From the NCBI RefSeq assembly GCF_006345805.1, contig NC_043021.1, positions 19,964,001 through 20,028,000 of the forward strand: DNA of 64,000 nt, read 5' to 3'. Both the position numbers and the translations under genes were made by a program. The notes under the pieces are model-generated. The model saw only the letters and a list, made by a program, of their open reading frames with translations, was not told where the DNA came from and made no database searches. Numbering within the stretch: position 1 is the first letter of the stretch; each line of letters opens with the position of its first letter. Origin of the DNA: Octopus sinensis. Lineage: Eukaryota. Below are positions 1 to 13,065 of this stretch, in pieces.

Positions 1-34
1 GATATTCATCTCATCCCATTTTGTTTCTTTTCGC
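1..34 (-). CDS. PPP1R2: Protein phosphatase 1 inhibitor-2, coding exon 2 (partial, runs off the window): (S)RKETKWDEMNI
   Basis: Polypyrimidine tract and CAG acceptor (TGTTATGTTTTTCCAG, ending at 35). The first G completes the phase-2 TC codon of exon 1. KWDEMNI matches I-2 KKSQKWDEMNI. Confidence 0.93.
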
Positions 35-384
35 CTGGAAAAACATAACAGCAACAAATAGATGAATAAAAGGAAAAAAAAAATTGCAGCATTATTAACA
101 GTATCACATTATTCTTCTTCTTCTTATTATTATTATTATCCTTTATGTTTTCTAATCATGTGTGTCAGCCCTTGTGGCCAATAAAAAGAATTAATTATTA
201 TTAGCAGCATTATTATTAAGTAGTCCTTATTTCTATCATTTGCTTTCATTGTACTATTGAGCGCAGCTCTGGGTGCCTTGGGTGTGTGCTGTGGTTGTTT
301 TTTTTTTGCTATTTTCACTACGTTGTTGTTGTTATTATTGACATGTTGGGGCAAGCGAAATCGAAATCGAATTGAACCAGCCAG

Positions 385-715
385 GATCCCTGGTCTGGTG
401 GTACGTAAAAAGCACTATCCGACTCGTGGCCGATGCCAGCACCGCCTCGACTGGCTTCCGTGCCGGTGGCACATAAAATACACCAATCTGACCGTGGCCG
501 TTGCCAGCCCCGCCTGGCACCTGTGCAGGTGGCACGTAAAAAGCACCCACTACACTCACAGAGTGGTTGGTGTTAGGAAGGGCATCCAGCTGTAGAAACA
601 TTGCCAAATTAGACTGGAGCCTGGTGCAGCCTTCTGGCTTCCCAGAACCCCGGTCGAACCGTCCAACCCATGCTAGCATGGAGAACGGACGTTAAACGAC
701 GATGATGATGATGAT
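385..715 (+). mobile_element. 3' UTR fragment of RTE-clade LINE (family R, (GAT)n tail)
   Basis: Same sequence as 61830-62582: ...GGCATCCAGCTGTAGAAAC...CATGGAGAACGGACGTTAAAC(GAT)n. Confidence 0.75.
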
Positions 716-1219
716 GTATATATAAAAGGCAGGATGTGTTTGTGTGTACGTGAATGTAATTTATGTACGTCAACAAATTAGTATGCATGTAGCCCCAATT
801 TTAGGAAGACATTCATCATGACCCTAGCTGTGTTTTCATCAACTTATTTTTACCAGAGGTACCAACAAATAGCAGTAAAAATAAATTTTCAACCAAGACT
901 TTTAGCAATTTTCAAGTTGGAGAAATTACCATTGTTTGCAAACAGGAGTTAAGTCCCCATCTAGTGACGAGTAGGTTTTTGTTAAGACTTTTGTTGTTTT
1001 ATTTCAAGGAAAAACGTGTTTTGTTGATATATGGGCAACACACATGAACATGTATGCGTACAAAAAACATATGTATATAAATATATATATATAAACCAAT
1101 TTCAACAGATTCCACCCAAATTTGACGTCAATGTTACTTACTTTGGTTTGAAATAAAGAACTTGATTAGCTTAATAATCCTAACTTAATCCCGGGCAAAG
1201 CCGGATGTTATACTGCTAG
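716..1219 (+). mobile_element. Probable non-autonomous Helitron
   Basis: 3' hairpin CCCGGGCAAAGCCGGA followed by CTAG|T. The 5' end TATATATAAAAGGC is Helitron-like, but the terminal TC is not clear. Confidence 0.5.
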
Positions 1220-1224
1220 TTATT

Positions 1225-1670
1225 ATTATAAAGCAGTGAGCTGACAGAATTGTAAGCACGCTGGCTGAAAAGCTTAGCAATATCTCATCTGTCTTTACGT
1301 TCTGAGTTCAAATTCCACCAAGGTCAACTTTGTCTTTTATCCTTTTGGGGCCGATAAAATAAGTACCAGTTGAGTACTGGGGTCGATATAATTGACTATC
1401 CTCCTCCCCCAAGTTTCAAACTTTGTGTCTATAGTAGAAAGGATCATTATTATTATCATCAAAGCAGCAAGCTCGTAGAATCGTTAGACATGCTGTATGA
1501 AATGCTTAGGGGCATTTTGTCTGTCTTTATATTCTATGTTCAAATTCCACCGAGGTTGACTTATCCTTTCAGGGTCAATAAAATAAGCACCAGTCGAGCA
1601 CTGATGTTGATGTAATCAACTTACTCATACCCTGAAATTCCTGGCCTTGTCCCAAAATTTGAAACTATTA
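1225..1670 (+). mobile_element. Two adjacent family-B tRNA-derived SINEs
   Basis: Head GAGCTGGCAGAA...GAGTTCAAATTCC (B-box-like); body TTTCATCCTTTCGGGGTCGATAAAATAAGTACCAG; tails of type CCCCC...GGCCTTGT. Confidence 0.7.
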
Positions 1671-1915
1671 AGGGCTCTCTACCCCCTTTTTGACCAGGCT
1701 CCGGTGGTTTTTATGGGTTTTTCCACAAGTAACCTTTCGAAGCACCTCCCCCTATTGGGAGTTTTTCACTTCTTATATTTTCGTTGTTATCTTGCATTTT
1801 TACACGGACTTTTCAAACGGACAAAACCCTTTTGTAACTTTTGTCCTGTATTTTGTCCTTACATGTTTTATTTGATTTTTGTTAGCCCTTGTGGCCAATA
1901 AATGAGAATTAATTA
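1670..1915 (+). mobile_element. 3' UTR fragment of Tx1/L1-clade LINE
   Basis: Reverse-complement match to 58660-58890. Ends TTAGCCCTTGTGGCCAATAAA followed by an (ATT)n-like tail. Confidence 0.75.
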
Positions 1916-1927
1916 TTATCATTATTA

Positions 1928-2153
1928 TTAACCCTTTAGTGTTCTGATTATTCTATCAAACATAATGCTTATTGATTCACATTGATTTGAATTAATCATG
2001 CATTATCTCATATGTTCAAGATCTTGATGGTGTAATTACTTAATGTAGAATAACATTGTAGGGTAGGTGTGAGAGCCTGGATCTGGTCAGTTTGAACATA
2101 AAACAGATTAAATATTTTGGCCGGATATGGCCGGTTTAAATACTAAAGGGTTA
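1928..2153. mobile_element. piggyBac-like MITE (family P1)
   Basis: TTAA-CCCTTTAG ... CTAAAGGG-TTA termini. Homologous copies at ~16494-17295 (split), 17292-19145 (split), ~29730-30340 (split) and 36424-36648. Confidence 0.65.
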
Positions 2154-2577
2154 TGGTGGAGAGCTGGCAGAATCATTAACACGCCAGGAGAAAAGCTTAT
2201 TTTGCCTGTCGCTATATTCTGTGTTAAAATTCCGCCAAGGTTGACTTTGCCTTTCATAAGACACTGAAAGGGATCTATTTTTTAAGTGGCTATTCTAGTG
2301 AAAGTCCTTTATGTACTATATATGGGGTTGTTTTATATATGTTGTGTGTATTAGCAAGGCTTGGAGTCTGGCTTGTATGTTTGTCTGCATCTTTTCCAAT
2401 CATATCCAAAGTCCCTATAATCATAAAGTTTGTTTCTGTACATTAATTACTACTATGATAGGAACTTGCAAGGCAAGAACCCTCAACTGAAGGGGAAGTA
2501 GTATTGAGGGAAATGGCTTTGTGCCAGTTGAAAAGGGGTTAGATCATGACAGAAGGGACAGAGGAGTTAGAGTATGA

Positions 2578-3045
2578 CAGGCGAGCTGGCAGAAACATTA
2601 GCACACCGGACGGAATGCTTAGCGGTATTTCTTCTGCCGTTTCATCTGAGTTCAAATTCCGCTGAGGTCGACATTGCCTTTCATCCTTTCAAGGTCAATA
2701 AATTAAGTACCAATTTCTTTACTACCCACAAGGGGCTAAACATAGAGGGGACAAACAAGGACAGACAAACGGATTAAGTTGATTACATCGACCCCAGTGC
2801 GCAACTGGTACTTAATTTATCGACCCCAAAGGATGAAAGGCGAAGTCGACCTTGGCGGAATTTGAACTCAGAACATAACGGCAGACGAAATACAGCTATG
2901 CATTTCGCCCGGCATGCTAACGTTTCTGCAGCTCGCCGCCTTAAGTACCAGTTATGCACTGGTGTTGATGTAATCGACTTAATCCTTTTGTCTGTCCTAG
3001 TTTGTCCTCTCTATGTCTAACCACTTGTGGGCAGTACAGAAATGA
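2578..3045. mobile_element. Family-B SINE (+) interrupted by an antisense family-B SINE (2713-2940)
   Basis: Inner element is flanked by the direct repeat TTAAGTACCA (2703-2712 and 2941-2950). Confidence 0.8.
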
Positions 3046-3081
3046 GAGACAGAACAGGTGTCTTGCAATAGAGAAGATATA

Positions 3082-3307
3082 TATGAGAGGGGTTGCTGAA
3101 AAGTTCCTGGCTTTAAGGGTATCACAAAAGGCCTGGCTGGAGGCCCAACCTTCCAAGTTCTTTTACAGTTCTTAGAAAAACTGAAGGACCACTACAATAA
3201 GTGTATGAATCTGAGAGGGGAAGATGTTGAATAAAACCTTAATTAACTTATCATCCCCGTGTATTTTCTTTTACCCCTAAGCCAGGAACTTCTCAGCATT
3301 CCCTTGT
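3082..3307. mobile_element. Mariner-type MITE
   Basis: TIRs GAGGGGTTGCTGAAAAGTTCCTGGCTT / AAGCCAGGAACTTCTCAGCATTCCCTT; same family as 41458-42117 and 42140-42287. Confidence 0.7.
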
Positions 3308-4460
3308 GTGTGTACCCTTGCCTAGACATCATATGATGGTGGTGATTAGTAAAGTTTTCCATTTTTCCATGAAAAACAAGTCAGGCTCTGGAGAAATATT
3401 TCCTAGCATGGAAACACTTGGAAGGCGGTGAGCTGGCAGAAACGTTAGCTCATCGGGTGAAATGCTTAGCGATATTTCATCTGACGCTACGTTCTGAGTT
3501 CAAATTCCGCCGAGGTCGACTTTGCCTTTCATCCTTTCGGGGTCGATAAATTAAGTACTAGTTATGCACTGGGGTCGATATAATTGACTTAATCCGTTTG
3601 TCTGTCCTTGTTTGCCCCTTGTGGGTAGTAAAGAAATAGGTATGGATTAGCAACACGAAAGATATATCAAGCTCTACAAATCTTGCCTGACTTATGCAAA
3701 CTTGGAAAGGTGGACGTTAAATGATGATGATTATTATTATTAACGAGCAACGAGTGCTTGTGATGGTTAGGAATTCACAGCTCACAATGGTGTCTCAGAC
3801 GAAATACCTTCCAGGATTAGTAATATTCCAAGTTCAAATCCCTGCCAGAAGAAGAGGAATTCCAGGTGAGAAAGGTGTGCTTTTCATAATTGGAACAAAA
3901 CCTGTAATCTTAAGAAATCTTCCTGAAAATAACTGACATTTTTGATTGAGAGCCAGGCATATGTGTGTCTTTGTACTTTAGACGTATAAGTGTATATGTG
4001 TGCATCATACAGTGTGTGTATATTAGTTGTGTAGTGTGTATGTGGTACTTATATATAGTCATTATGTATATTAGTTGTACAGCATGTTTGTTGTGTTAGT
4101 TATCAGTGTGTGTGTGTGTATTTGAAGTACTGTACTTTAGTTACTAGTGCGAGTATGTATGTTATTTACCTCATGGCAATTTGATAAACATTTCTGGAAA
4201 GATTCAAGAGAAGCTAGCTGCCTGACAGTGTGCAGAAAATACACATGTATGTGTGTGTGTGTGTATGTACACATTATGTATATGTGTGAGATTGCACACA
4301 CGCATCTATGTATCACAGCAGCTAAGCTGCCTTTTTAGCTGCCAGTCAAATGCAACCATTGCACTGCAAACAATTAAATAGTAATTATTCCTGATATAGG
4401 CACAAGGCCAACAGTTTTGAGGGGAGGGGCCAGAAGTTAATTACATCATTTATATATATA

Positions 4461-5596
4461 TAATAATAATAATAATAATTGTGTACAGTGCTCAGGTGCA
4501 CTACAACTCATCTAAAGTGTATATATAATCAGGTGTAGTTTCGGCGGATTTCGGAAAGCATGAGGGCCTTAAAGGATGCAGTGTCATGGCAGTCAACAAC
4601 TGACGCAGGCAGTTTATTCCATTCTTCAGCAACTCTGAGCGTGAAAAAATGTTTCCGAAAGTCATGGGAGCTGTGTTGTTTTCTGACTTTGTAGGCATGT
4701 CCACGTGTGTTACACACATGGAGATCAAAAAGGTGTTCAGTGTTGTTGTTGGTGAGGTGGTTGATAACCTTGTGGATATCTACCAAGTCCGTCGCCAGAC
4801 ACCGGAGCTTCAGTGAATCCATGCCCAGGGAAACAAGGCGCTCAGAATATGGTAGGTGTCTGATGGAGGGTATGCGTTTGGTTGCACGTCTCTGGACAGA
4901 TTCCAGGAGGTCAATGTTCTGAGCAAGATAGGGATTCCAAACTGATGATGCGAATTCCAAGTGTGGTCGTACCATAGCTGTATACAGTTTTAAATAGATG
5001 GCTGGAGAGCGGCTAACAAAAGTCTTGCTGAGTGATGCCAAGACACCCTCGGCCTTCTTGACAATTTTAGAGATATGCTTTGTCCAACGCAAATCACTAC
5101 TGACAGTGATGCCTAGGTCACGCTCGCAAGAGGATTTCTTGATATCAGTGTTGTGGAGGGAGTATGTGGACGCAGGGTTTTTTCTCCCAAAATGCATGGT
5201 GGTACACTTGTCCACAGCCAGTTTCAGTTGCCAGTCTGTGATCCATTGCTGCATTGTGTCTAGGTCTGATTGCAGGAAAGAGTTGTAGACATCAGGATCA
5301 GTCCTCTTGATTTCAAGGTACAGCTTGATGTCGTCTGCATATTTCAATACTGTGGCATTCTTTAAATTGGCATCTATGTCATTAATGTATGCCACAAACA
5401 GGAGGGGACCAAGGACAGATCCCTGTGGTACACCCGATGACATCTCATATGGTGTAGAGTGCTGTCCTAGAACTGTGACTACCTCCTCTCGGCTGAGGAT
5501 GAAGGATTTCAACCAGTTAAAAAGGTCATCCCCCACACCCATTGCAGAGAGTTTCACCATAAGCCTTTTGTGTGGCACAGAGTTGAAAGCCTTAGC
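4461..5596 (-). mobile_element. 5'-truncated CR1/L2-type LINE: reverse-transcriptase C-terminal ORF (4529-5578) plus short 3' UTR and (ATT)n tail
   Basis: AFNSVPHK, GVPQGSVLGPLLF..YIND, KYADD, ERDLGI, RPHLEFAS.VWNP, LESVQRRATK, RGH, FFTLRVAEEWNKLP motifs. Uninterrupted 349-aa frame. Confidence 0.93.
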
Positions 5597-5613
5597 TTAT
5601 ATATACATATATA

Positions 5614-6012
5614 TCTTTATATATAAAACTGAAGTTGTGTGAGTGTCTGTCCCCTTCGATTTAGATTCCTAACTACTCCCACATTTTGCGGTGCAGTTTA
5701 ACCAAAAGCGGGTATCTTATAGTCGTGATTCATATCGAGCCCTTCTGGATATTAGCGCGCGTTTACGATGAGTCTACGATTTAAAAAATAATTTACCATC
5801 ATTTTTTTCCATTTTAACGCATATTTTTTAAATATAAGGGAAGTAACTCTCTAAAAATGTCTACGATGAGTCAACAATTAAAAAAAAAATTTACTATAAT
5901 TTTTTTCCCATTTTTAATGCATTTTTTGGCTATTTTTTTGCTATAACTCTCTAAAAATGCTTATATAGTTATTTCCCTTACAAACCCAAGCAACGCCGGG
6001 CGATACTGCTAG
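5614..6012 (+). mobile_element. Non-autonomous Helitron (copy 1)
   Basis: A|TC 5' end, subterminal CCCAAGCAACGCCGGG hairpin, CTAG|T 3' end, no TSD. Confidence 0.8.
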
Positions 6013-6047
<35 letters not shown>

Positions 6048-6427
6048 GTATATATATATATATACACACACACACACATGTATATACATACATACACACA
6101 CACGTGTGTGTGTGTGTGTGTGTGTGCAGGTTTGTGTCTCCAGGTCTTGGACATTGTGTGACAGCCTAAACAATTGTTACTGTCATAAAAACAGTGTCAT
6201 TCAAAATATCACACTGCCTGGAAACAAGTAAAGGTTGGTGACAGGAGAGGCACCCAGTCACTATAGAAAATCCAACCCCAAAAATTCTGTCCGACCCATG
6301 CAAGCATCGAAAAGGCAATGTTAAAATGGTGATAATGATGATGATGATGATGTATTTATTTCAGCTCTTTATGTCTTCAGTTCAATCCTGCCAAGGTCAA
6401 CTTTACTTTTCATTCTTTCAGGTTTTA

Positions 6428-6723
6428 TCTTTATATATAAAATTGAAGTTGTGTGTGTGAGACTCTGTCTCCTCCTATTTAGATTCCTAACTACTCCCAC
6501 ATTTTGCGGTGCAGTTTAACCAAAAGCGGGTATCTTATAGTCGTCATTCATATCGAGCCCTTTTGGGTATTAGTGCGTGTCTACGATTTAAAAAAAGATT
6601 TACCATAATTTTTCCGCATTTTTAATGATTTTTGCTCGGGTTATATAAGGGAAGTAACTCTCTAAAAATGCTTATATAGTTATTTCCCTTACAAACCCGA
6701 GCAACGCCGGGCGATACTGCTAG
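6428..6723 (+). mobile_element. Non-autonomous Helitron (copy 2, shorter), inserted in a family-B SINE
   Basis: A|TC...CCCGAGCAACGCCGGG...CTAG|T; highly similar to 5614-6012. Confidence 0.8.
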
Positions 6724-7485
6724 TAATATATAAACCCCAGTCAAGTGCTGGGGTTGATTTAGTCGGCTGAAGCAGACACTGAATGAAGCATGATGCAGTC
6801 TGAGCATGGAACATGGATGCTAAATGATGATGATGATGATATATATATGTGTACACACTTAAACACAAACTAAATGTATATTCTTTTACTTGTTTCAATC
6901 ATTTGACTGTGGCCATGCTGGAGCACGGCCTTTAGTCGATCGAGCAAATTGACCCCAGGACTTATTCTTTGTGAGCCTAGTACTTATTCTATCGGGGTCT
7001 TTTGCTGAACTGCTAAGTTACGGCGGGAACACGAACACACTAGCATTGGTTGTCAAGCGATGTTGGAGGGGGGGATAAACACAGATACATGATGGGCTTC
7101 TTTCAGTTTCCCAAGGCTTTGGTCGGCCCAAGGCTACAATAGCATCAATTGTGCTTCATTCAGGTACAAAACCAAACTGCATCCCATCTGAGCTAACTCT
7201 CTTCCTAATTAGCAGAGCTATGACCCTCTCGGTAATTTTCATGACCTGGCCCAGCAATTTGATACTTCTGTAGTTATTTCTGTCTAAGGTGTCACCTCTG
7301 ACCTTGTAGCAGGTGACTATAATGCTGCTACACCAGTCGCTAGAGAGAGAGAGGGAGGGAGGGGGGAGATGTAGATAGATAGATAATACAAGGCAGAAGA
7401 AAGTCTTTATTTAAAACCAGTTCAGACAAAGTAAAGAATAAAGAAAATCCATCGTGTTGGAATGGATAAGTTTTGTGTGTGTGTA

Positions 7486-7541
<56 letters not shown>

Positions 7542-7814
7542 TGTGTAGCTAATAATACATATTGCCAGCAGGCTAACGATAAACATTATATTGAAGACAT
7601 GATTACATTTGAGTTTAATTAACGTTGATTTGATTAGGTGCTGGTGTGGCTCTATGGTGAGACGTTTGCTTCCCAACCACAAGATCCTGTGTTCTGTCCA
7701 ACTGCGTGGCACCCTGGGCAGGTGTCTTCCATTATGGCCTCAGGTTGACCAAAACCTTACGAGTGGACTTGGTAGACAGGAACTGAAAGAAACCCATCAT
7801 ATATACATGTAGGT

Positions 7815-8162
7815 TTTAGTCATGTTCTGGGTTCAGTCCCACTGTGTGGCACCTTGGGCAAGTGTCTTCTACTATAGCCTTGGGCCGACCAAAGCCTTGT
7901 GAGTGGATTTGGTAGACAGAAACTGAAAGAAGCCCATCGTATATATGTATATATATGCGTGTGTGTGTTTGTGTTTGTCCCCCTAGCATTGCTTGACAAC
8001 CGATGCTGGGATGTTTATGTCCCCGTTACTTAGCGGTTCGGCAAAAGAGACCGATAGAATAAGTACTGGGCTTACAAAAGAATAAGTCCCAGGGTTGAGT
8101 TGCTCGATTAAAGGTGGTGCTCCAGCATGGCCGCAGTCAAATGACTGAAACAAGTAAAAGAG
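7815..8162 (+). mobile_element. Family-A tRNA-derived SINE (octopus OK-like)
   Basis: GGGTTCAGTCCCACTG..GGCACCTTGGGCAAGTG head, central (TA/TG)n, tail GTGCTCCAGCATGGCCGCAGTCAAATGACTGAAACAAGTAAAAGA. Confidence 0.8.
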
Positions 8163-8596
8163 GTGTGGGTGTGTTTGTGTTGCTTTTTCCGTGCCTTCAC
8201 TTTGCACGGTGGTCGTAAACGGGTGTCATTGTTATACAAGCAGTCCCCTTCATGACATGTTCTGTCATGGGGAAAAAAAATGACCTTACACGGAAACGGG
8301 TGGCAGGAATGGCATCTGACCACAGGAAAAAAATAAATTCTGTCCATTCCATGCAAGCATGAAAAAGTGGATGCAACGATGATGATGATTTATATCTTTT
8401 ACTTGTTTTGGCCACTAGATTGTGGCCATGCTGAGGCACCGCCTTGAAGAATTTTAGTTGAACTAATCAATCTCAGTACTTAAATTTTTTAAAGTCTGTT
8501 CTCTTTTGCTGAACTGCTAAGTTACTGGGACATAAACAGACCCACACCAATTGTCAAGCAGTGGTGGGGGGGACAAATACAGACACACACGAATAG

Positions 8597-9178
8597 ATAT
8601 CATCATCATCATTGTTCGACCGTGGTCGAGACAATGGAATTTACCATGCTACGCCAGACTTCACGGTCCATCATGGCATTACGGAGGTCCTGTTGCTGGA
8701 TGCCTGTATCCCTGGAGATTACATCAGGGTAGGAGAGTGTGCGCCCTCTGGTATTGCGAGTAGATGGCTTCCAGAGGAGAAGAGTAGAAATTACCTCTTT
8801 TTCAGCTCTACAACAATGTCCAGCAAACTGGACTCTCCTACCTTTCACAAGAGATGATACAGGTGGTAGTTTCCCCATATATTTGTACTTTGGTTGGATG
8901 ACGCTTCCACGAGAGATTTCGAGCTCTCATAAGGAGGCGAGTGTAGGTTCCATCCAACCGCCTCTCAAGCTTCTTTGATAACGTCCAGGTTTCTGAGCCA
9001 TATAGTAGAATTGGTTCAACTGTGGCTTTGAAGATTTCAAGTTTGAAGTCTCTACTTAGATTTGATGACCAGATCTTATGCATGTCATTACAGGCTGACC
9101 AGGCCATACCCTTTCTAGTTAGAAAATCTTTTCCAGATGATGATATGTATGACCCAAGATATTTGTAATTAGAAACCA
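8597..9178 (-). mobile_element. 5'-truncated RTE-type LINE, ORF C-terminus with one frameshift and (TGA)n tail
   Basis: YKYLGSYI, ILLYGSETWTL, RRVQFAGHCCR, MMDREVWRSMV motifs across ORFs 8838-9257 and 8609-8878. Confidence 0.88.
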
Positions 9179-10234
9179 TATACACACACACACATGTATG
9201 TATAATTGAATGCATTGGAGTTAACAAGAAGGAATACGGTTGGACATTTATTTGCAATCACTACAATTGTTTCTGCACAATGTAGTTCTCCAGGTTTGCT
9301 GGTATTTGGTTGGGTAACTGCTTCCCTGCATTATGAGATCTAGTTATGTTTCTTCAGGTGATACGTAAGTAGTATTACTGGATAGCACAGGGTGAACTTT
9401 ATACTGTACTCTACTATGTTCTTAATAGAATACAACACAACCATATATATATGTAGGTGCAGGAACCAACCACATGGTTCCGGGTTCAGTCCCACTGCGT
9501 GGCACCTTGGGCAAGCGTCTTCTACTATAGCCTCAGGCTAGCCAAAGCCTTGAGAGTGAATTTGGTAGATGGAAACTGAAAGAAGTCCGTCATATATATA
9601 TGTATGTGTTTGTTCACCCACCACCCATCATCACCTGACAACCGATGTTGTGCTTACGTCACCATTACTTAGCAGTTCGACAAAAGAGACCAATAGTATA
9701 AGTATTGGGCTTACAAAGAATAAGTCCTAGGGTCGATTTGTTCGACTAAAGGTGGTGCTCCAGCATGGCTGTGATCTAAATGACTGAAACAAATAAAAGA
9801 ATACACACACACACACATGGTGGACTTTTTTCTGTTTCCGTCTTCCAAATCCACTCTCAAGGCTTTGTTTAGTCCAAGGCTACAGTAGGAGACACTCGCT
9901 TGAGGTTCCAAGCTGTGTGATTGAACCCGGAACCATGTGGTTGGGAAGCAAGCTTCTTACCACACAGCCACTCCTGTGCCTCTGATATTCAATGAATTCG
10001 TTTTTCCCTGCATTCTCATTAGTCCTATACATTTGAGTTCAGAATAATAACGTCCCTTTGCCCAGTTGACATTCCTAGACATTGTTGCTTTTATTTTCTA
10101 AATGTGAATGATACTGGCGCTTACATTATTATGGAACAACCACCCAGACTTCATTCAGAAGATGAAAGTTTAGAAATGTTAATGTTATTCTCCCAAACTA
10201 AATATAAAGAACTAAGAAGGAAATATGAGAAAAA

Positions 10235-10700
10235 AAAAGTCAACCTTGGCAGAACTTGAACTTAGAACGTAGCAACAGACGAAATACCTATTTCTTTACT
10301 ACCCACAAGGGGCTAAACACAGAGGAGACAAACAAGGCCAGACAGACAGATTACGTCGATTTTATCGACCCCAGTGCTTATTTAATCGACCCCGAAAAGA
10401 TGAAAGGTAAAGTTGACCTAGGCGGAATTTGAACTCAGAATGTAGCGACAGACAAAATACCTATTTCTTTACTACCCACAAGGGGCTAAACACAGAGGAG
10501 ACAAACAAGGCCAGACAGACAGATTACGTCGATTTTATCGACCCCAGTGCTTATTTAACTGGTACTTATTTAATCGACCCTGAAAGGATGAAAGGGAAAG
10601 TTGACCTAGGCGGAATTTGAACTCAGAACGTAGCGACAGAGGAAATACCACGAAGCATTTCGCCCGGGGTGCTAACGATTCTGCCTGCACGCCACCTTCG
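10235..10700 (-). mobile_element. Tandem multimer of family-B SINE units
   Basis: About 2.5 units of ~175-190 bp joined at GACGAAATAC|CTATTTCTTTACT. Confidence 0.8.
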
Positions 10701-11280
10701 CAATAATCCTTTCTATTATACAGGCACCTCACCGCTTTAATAATAATAATAATAATGATAATTTCTTTTATTTGCCACCAATAAGGAGATTAGAATATTA
10801 TAAAAATCTGATAAGGCAACTGAGTGCTAAAATATAGAGAAAGAGAGCAAGGCTGAAAGGCAAGTGGGGAGAGGAGGAGACAAATAATAATAATAATAAT
10901 AGTAATAACAGAGAGAGAAGGTGGGGGTGGGGGAGAAAGTGAGTGAGTGTATTTAGTGCGGCGGGGGAAATAAAATTGCAGATCCAACAAGGTAACCAAA
11001 GCGCTAGAAATCTATAGCTGGCTAGATGTAACTGGCAGATCAATAGATTGGAATAGTCTGAAGCAAGTGTTGGAGTGGCTGCTGATTAAAGAAAGACATG
11101 GGGGGAAAAGAACAACGAGAAGGGAGGACAAAGCAATCACTGGCACTGAGTTTATTGGCAATAACGAGATGTGTGTGTGTGTGTGTGCATGTATATGGAT
11201 TTATATAAACTGGCTCCAACACAAGATCTTAAAGATAGTGTGCATGGCATTGAAACTGGGATGTACAGAATGATTAATTA

Positions 11281-11288
11281 TTGATAGC

Positions 11289-11333
<45 letters not shown>

Positions 11334-11566
11334 CACACACATACATATATGTACTTGCATATTTGTGTATGTGTGTTTATGTATATATATATATGTGTGT
11401 GTATGTATGTATATATATATGTATGTGTGCGTATGTATGTATGTATGTATGTATGTATGTATGTATATATATATATATATATAATATGTGACAATTATTC
11501 GGTAGCCAAGATAAAACTCTGAGAGTTTTGGATGCCAAGGTGGAAATCCACACAACCATCATCTTC

Positions 11567-11626
<60 letters not shown>

Positions 11627-11655
11627 GTACTTGCATATTTGTGAATGTGTGTTTA

Positions 11656-11701
<46 letters not shown>

Positions 11702-11770
11702 TAAAAACATGCATATATGTATATAGATATATACACACACATGTATGTGTGTGTGTGTATCATTCATACA
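11281..11770. repeat. Duplicated compound (TA/TG/TATG)n microsatellite block
   Basis: Core CATACATATATGTACTTGCATATTTGTG occurs twice within RY repeats. Confidence 0.8.
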
Positions 11771-12616
11771 TCATAAAATAGGGGGGGGGCCAGGTGGTGA
11801 AACACCACTTCTACTTGTATTTTTCTGGGGTTTTTTTTTTGTTTCATACTTCCATTTCTCCTATTTTTAGAACATTGTCAATAACAGCAGAGCTGCCAAA
11901 AAAAAAAAAAATATTTCAAAAATCTTTCAAAATGCTAACGTCTCCATATTTTTTGCCAACATTCCCTTTTCTATCTCTGAATGTGCAACCTGCCCTAGCT
12001 GTTGCATTTTTGACATTTTTCTCTAACTTTTTGTGCTTTCAACCTATCAGATGTTTGCCAAAGAAAATTTGTCGTAAAAGAAATTCTTACAGGAGAACGG
12101 GTGTACGCGTGCTTGTGCGTGTATTTTTTGTCTTTCTTCTACTTGTTACAGCCATTTGACTGCGGTCATGCTGGAGCACTGCTTTTCAGTCGAAGAAACC
12201 AACCCCCAGGACTTATTCTTTGTAAGCTTAGTACTTATTCTATCAGTCTCCTTCGTCAAACTGCTAAGTTATGGGGACGTAAACGCACAAACATCAGTTG
12301 TCAAACAATTGGGGGCGGGGATAAACACATGCATATAAATATATACATATATACACACAACAGGCTTCTCCCAGTTTCTATCTACCAAATCCACTCACAA
12401 AGCCTTGGTTGGCCTGAGGATAAAGAAGAAGACACTTGCCCAAGTTGCCGTGCAGTGGGACTGAACCAGGAACCATGTGTACACTTCGCCACAACTTTCT
12501 TCTGTTGGCCTGCTTGCTTAGCCAGCTGGGTGGCGTCATTTGAAGGCTAAAAGAATGTGAAGTGCATTGTGACCAGCGATGTGTAGCAACATCTGATAGC
12601 CTGGTTGGATACGGTG

Positions 12617-12651
<35 letters not shown>

Positions 12652-13065
12652 AACCTAATTATGTTTATCTGCATCACAATCTCTCTTTCTCTCTCTCTCT
12701 GCGTGTGTGTGTATACGTACGGGTGTGTGTGTGTATGCATGTGTATAGGTGTGTGATTACGTGTGCACGTCTGTGTCTCCCTGGTTCTATGTAATATGTC
12801 TTGTGTCTGGCTGCAAACAACTTCAGCAACGATTAGCAGCAGATGATTATTTGATTGGTTGGAAAGAATCGAGATAAGCCTGGTTACGCTCGGTGACTAC
12901 GGTTTGATTGATGGATGCCACTGTCTCTTCAGATCCGTTTCTAGATATGCGTTCAAGAAAAGGAAGGGAATTGAGAAAGAACGAGAATTCTGATAATTAA
13001 GATATCATATTCTCTGGAAGCTGGTGATTTCACTCTGTTGGTCAATCGTAATGTTGTTGCTAGAT

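Noticed and set aside
4529-5578. Host reverse-transcriptase gene or domesticated RT
   Set aside because: Begins mid-RT domain without promoter or splice acceptor and ends in a LINE tail; an ordinary 5'-truncated insertion.
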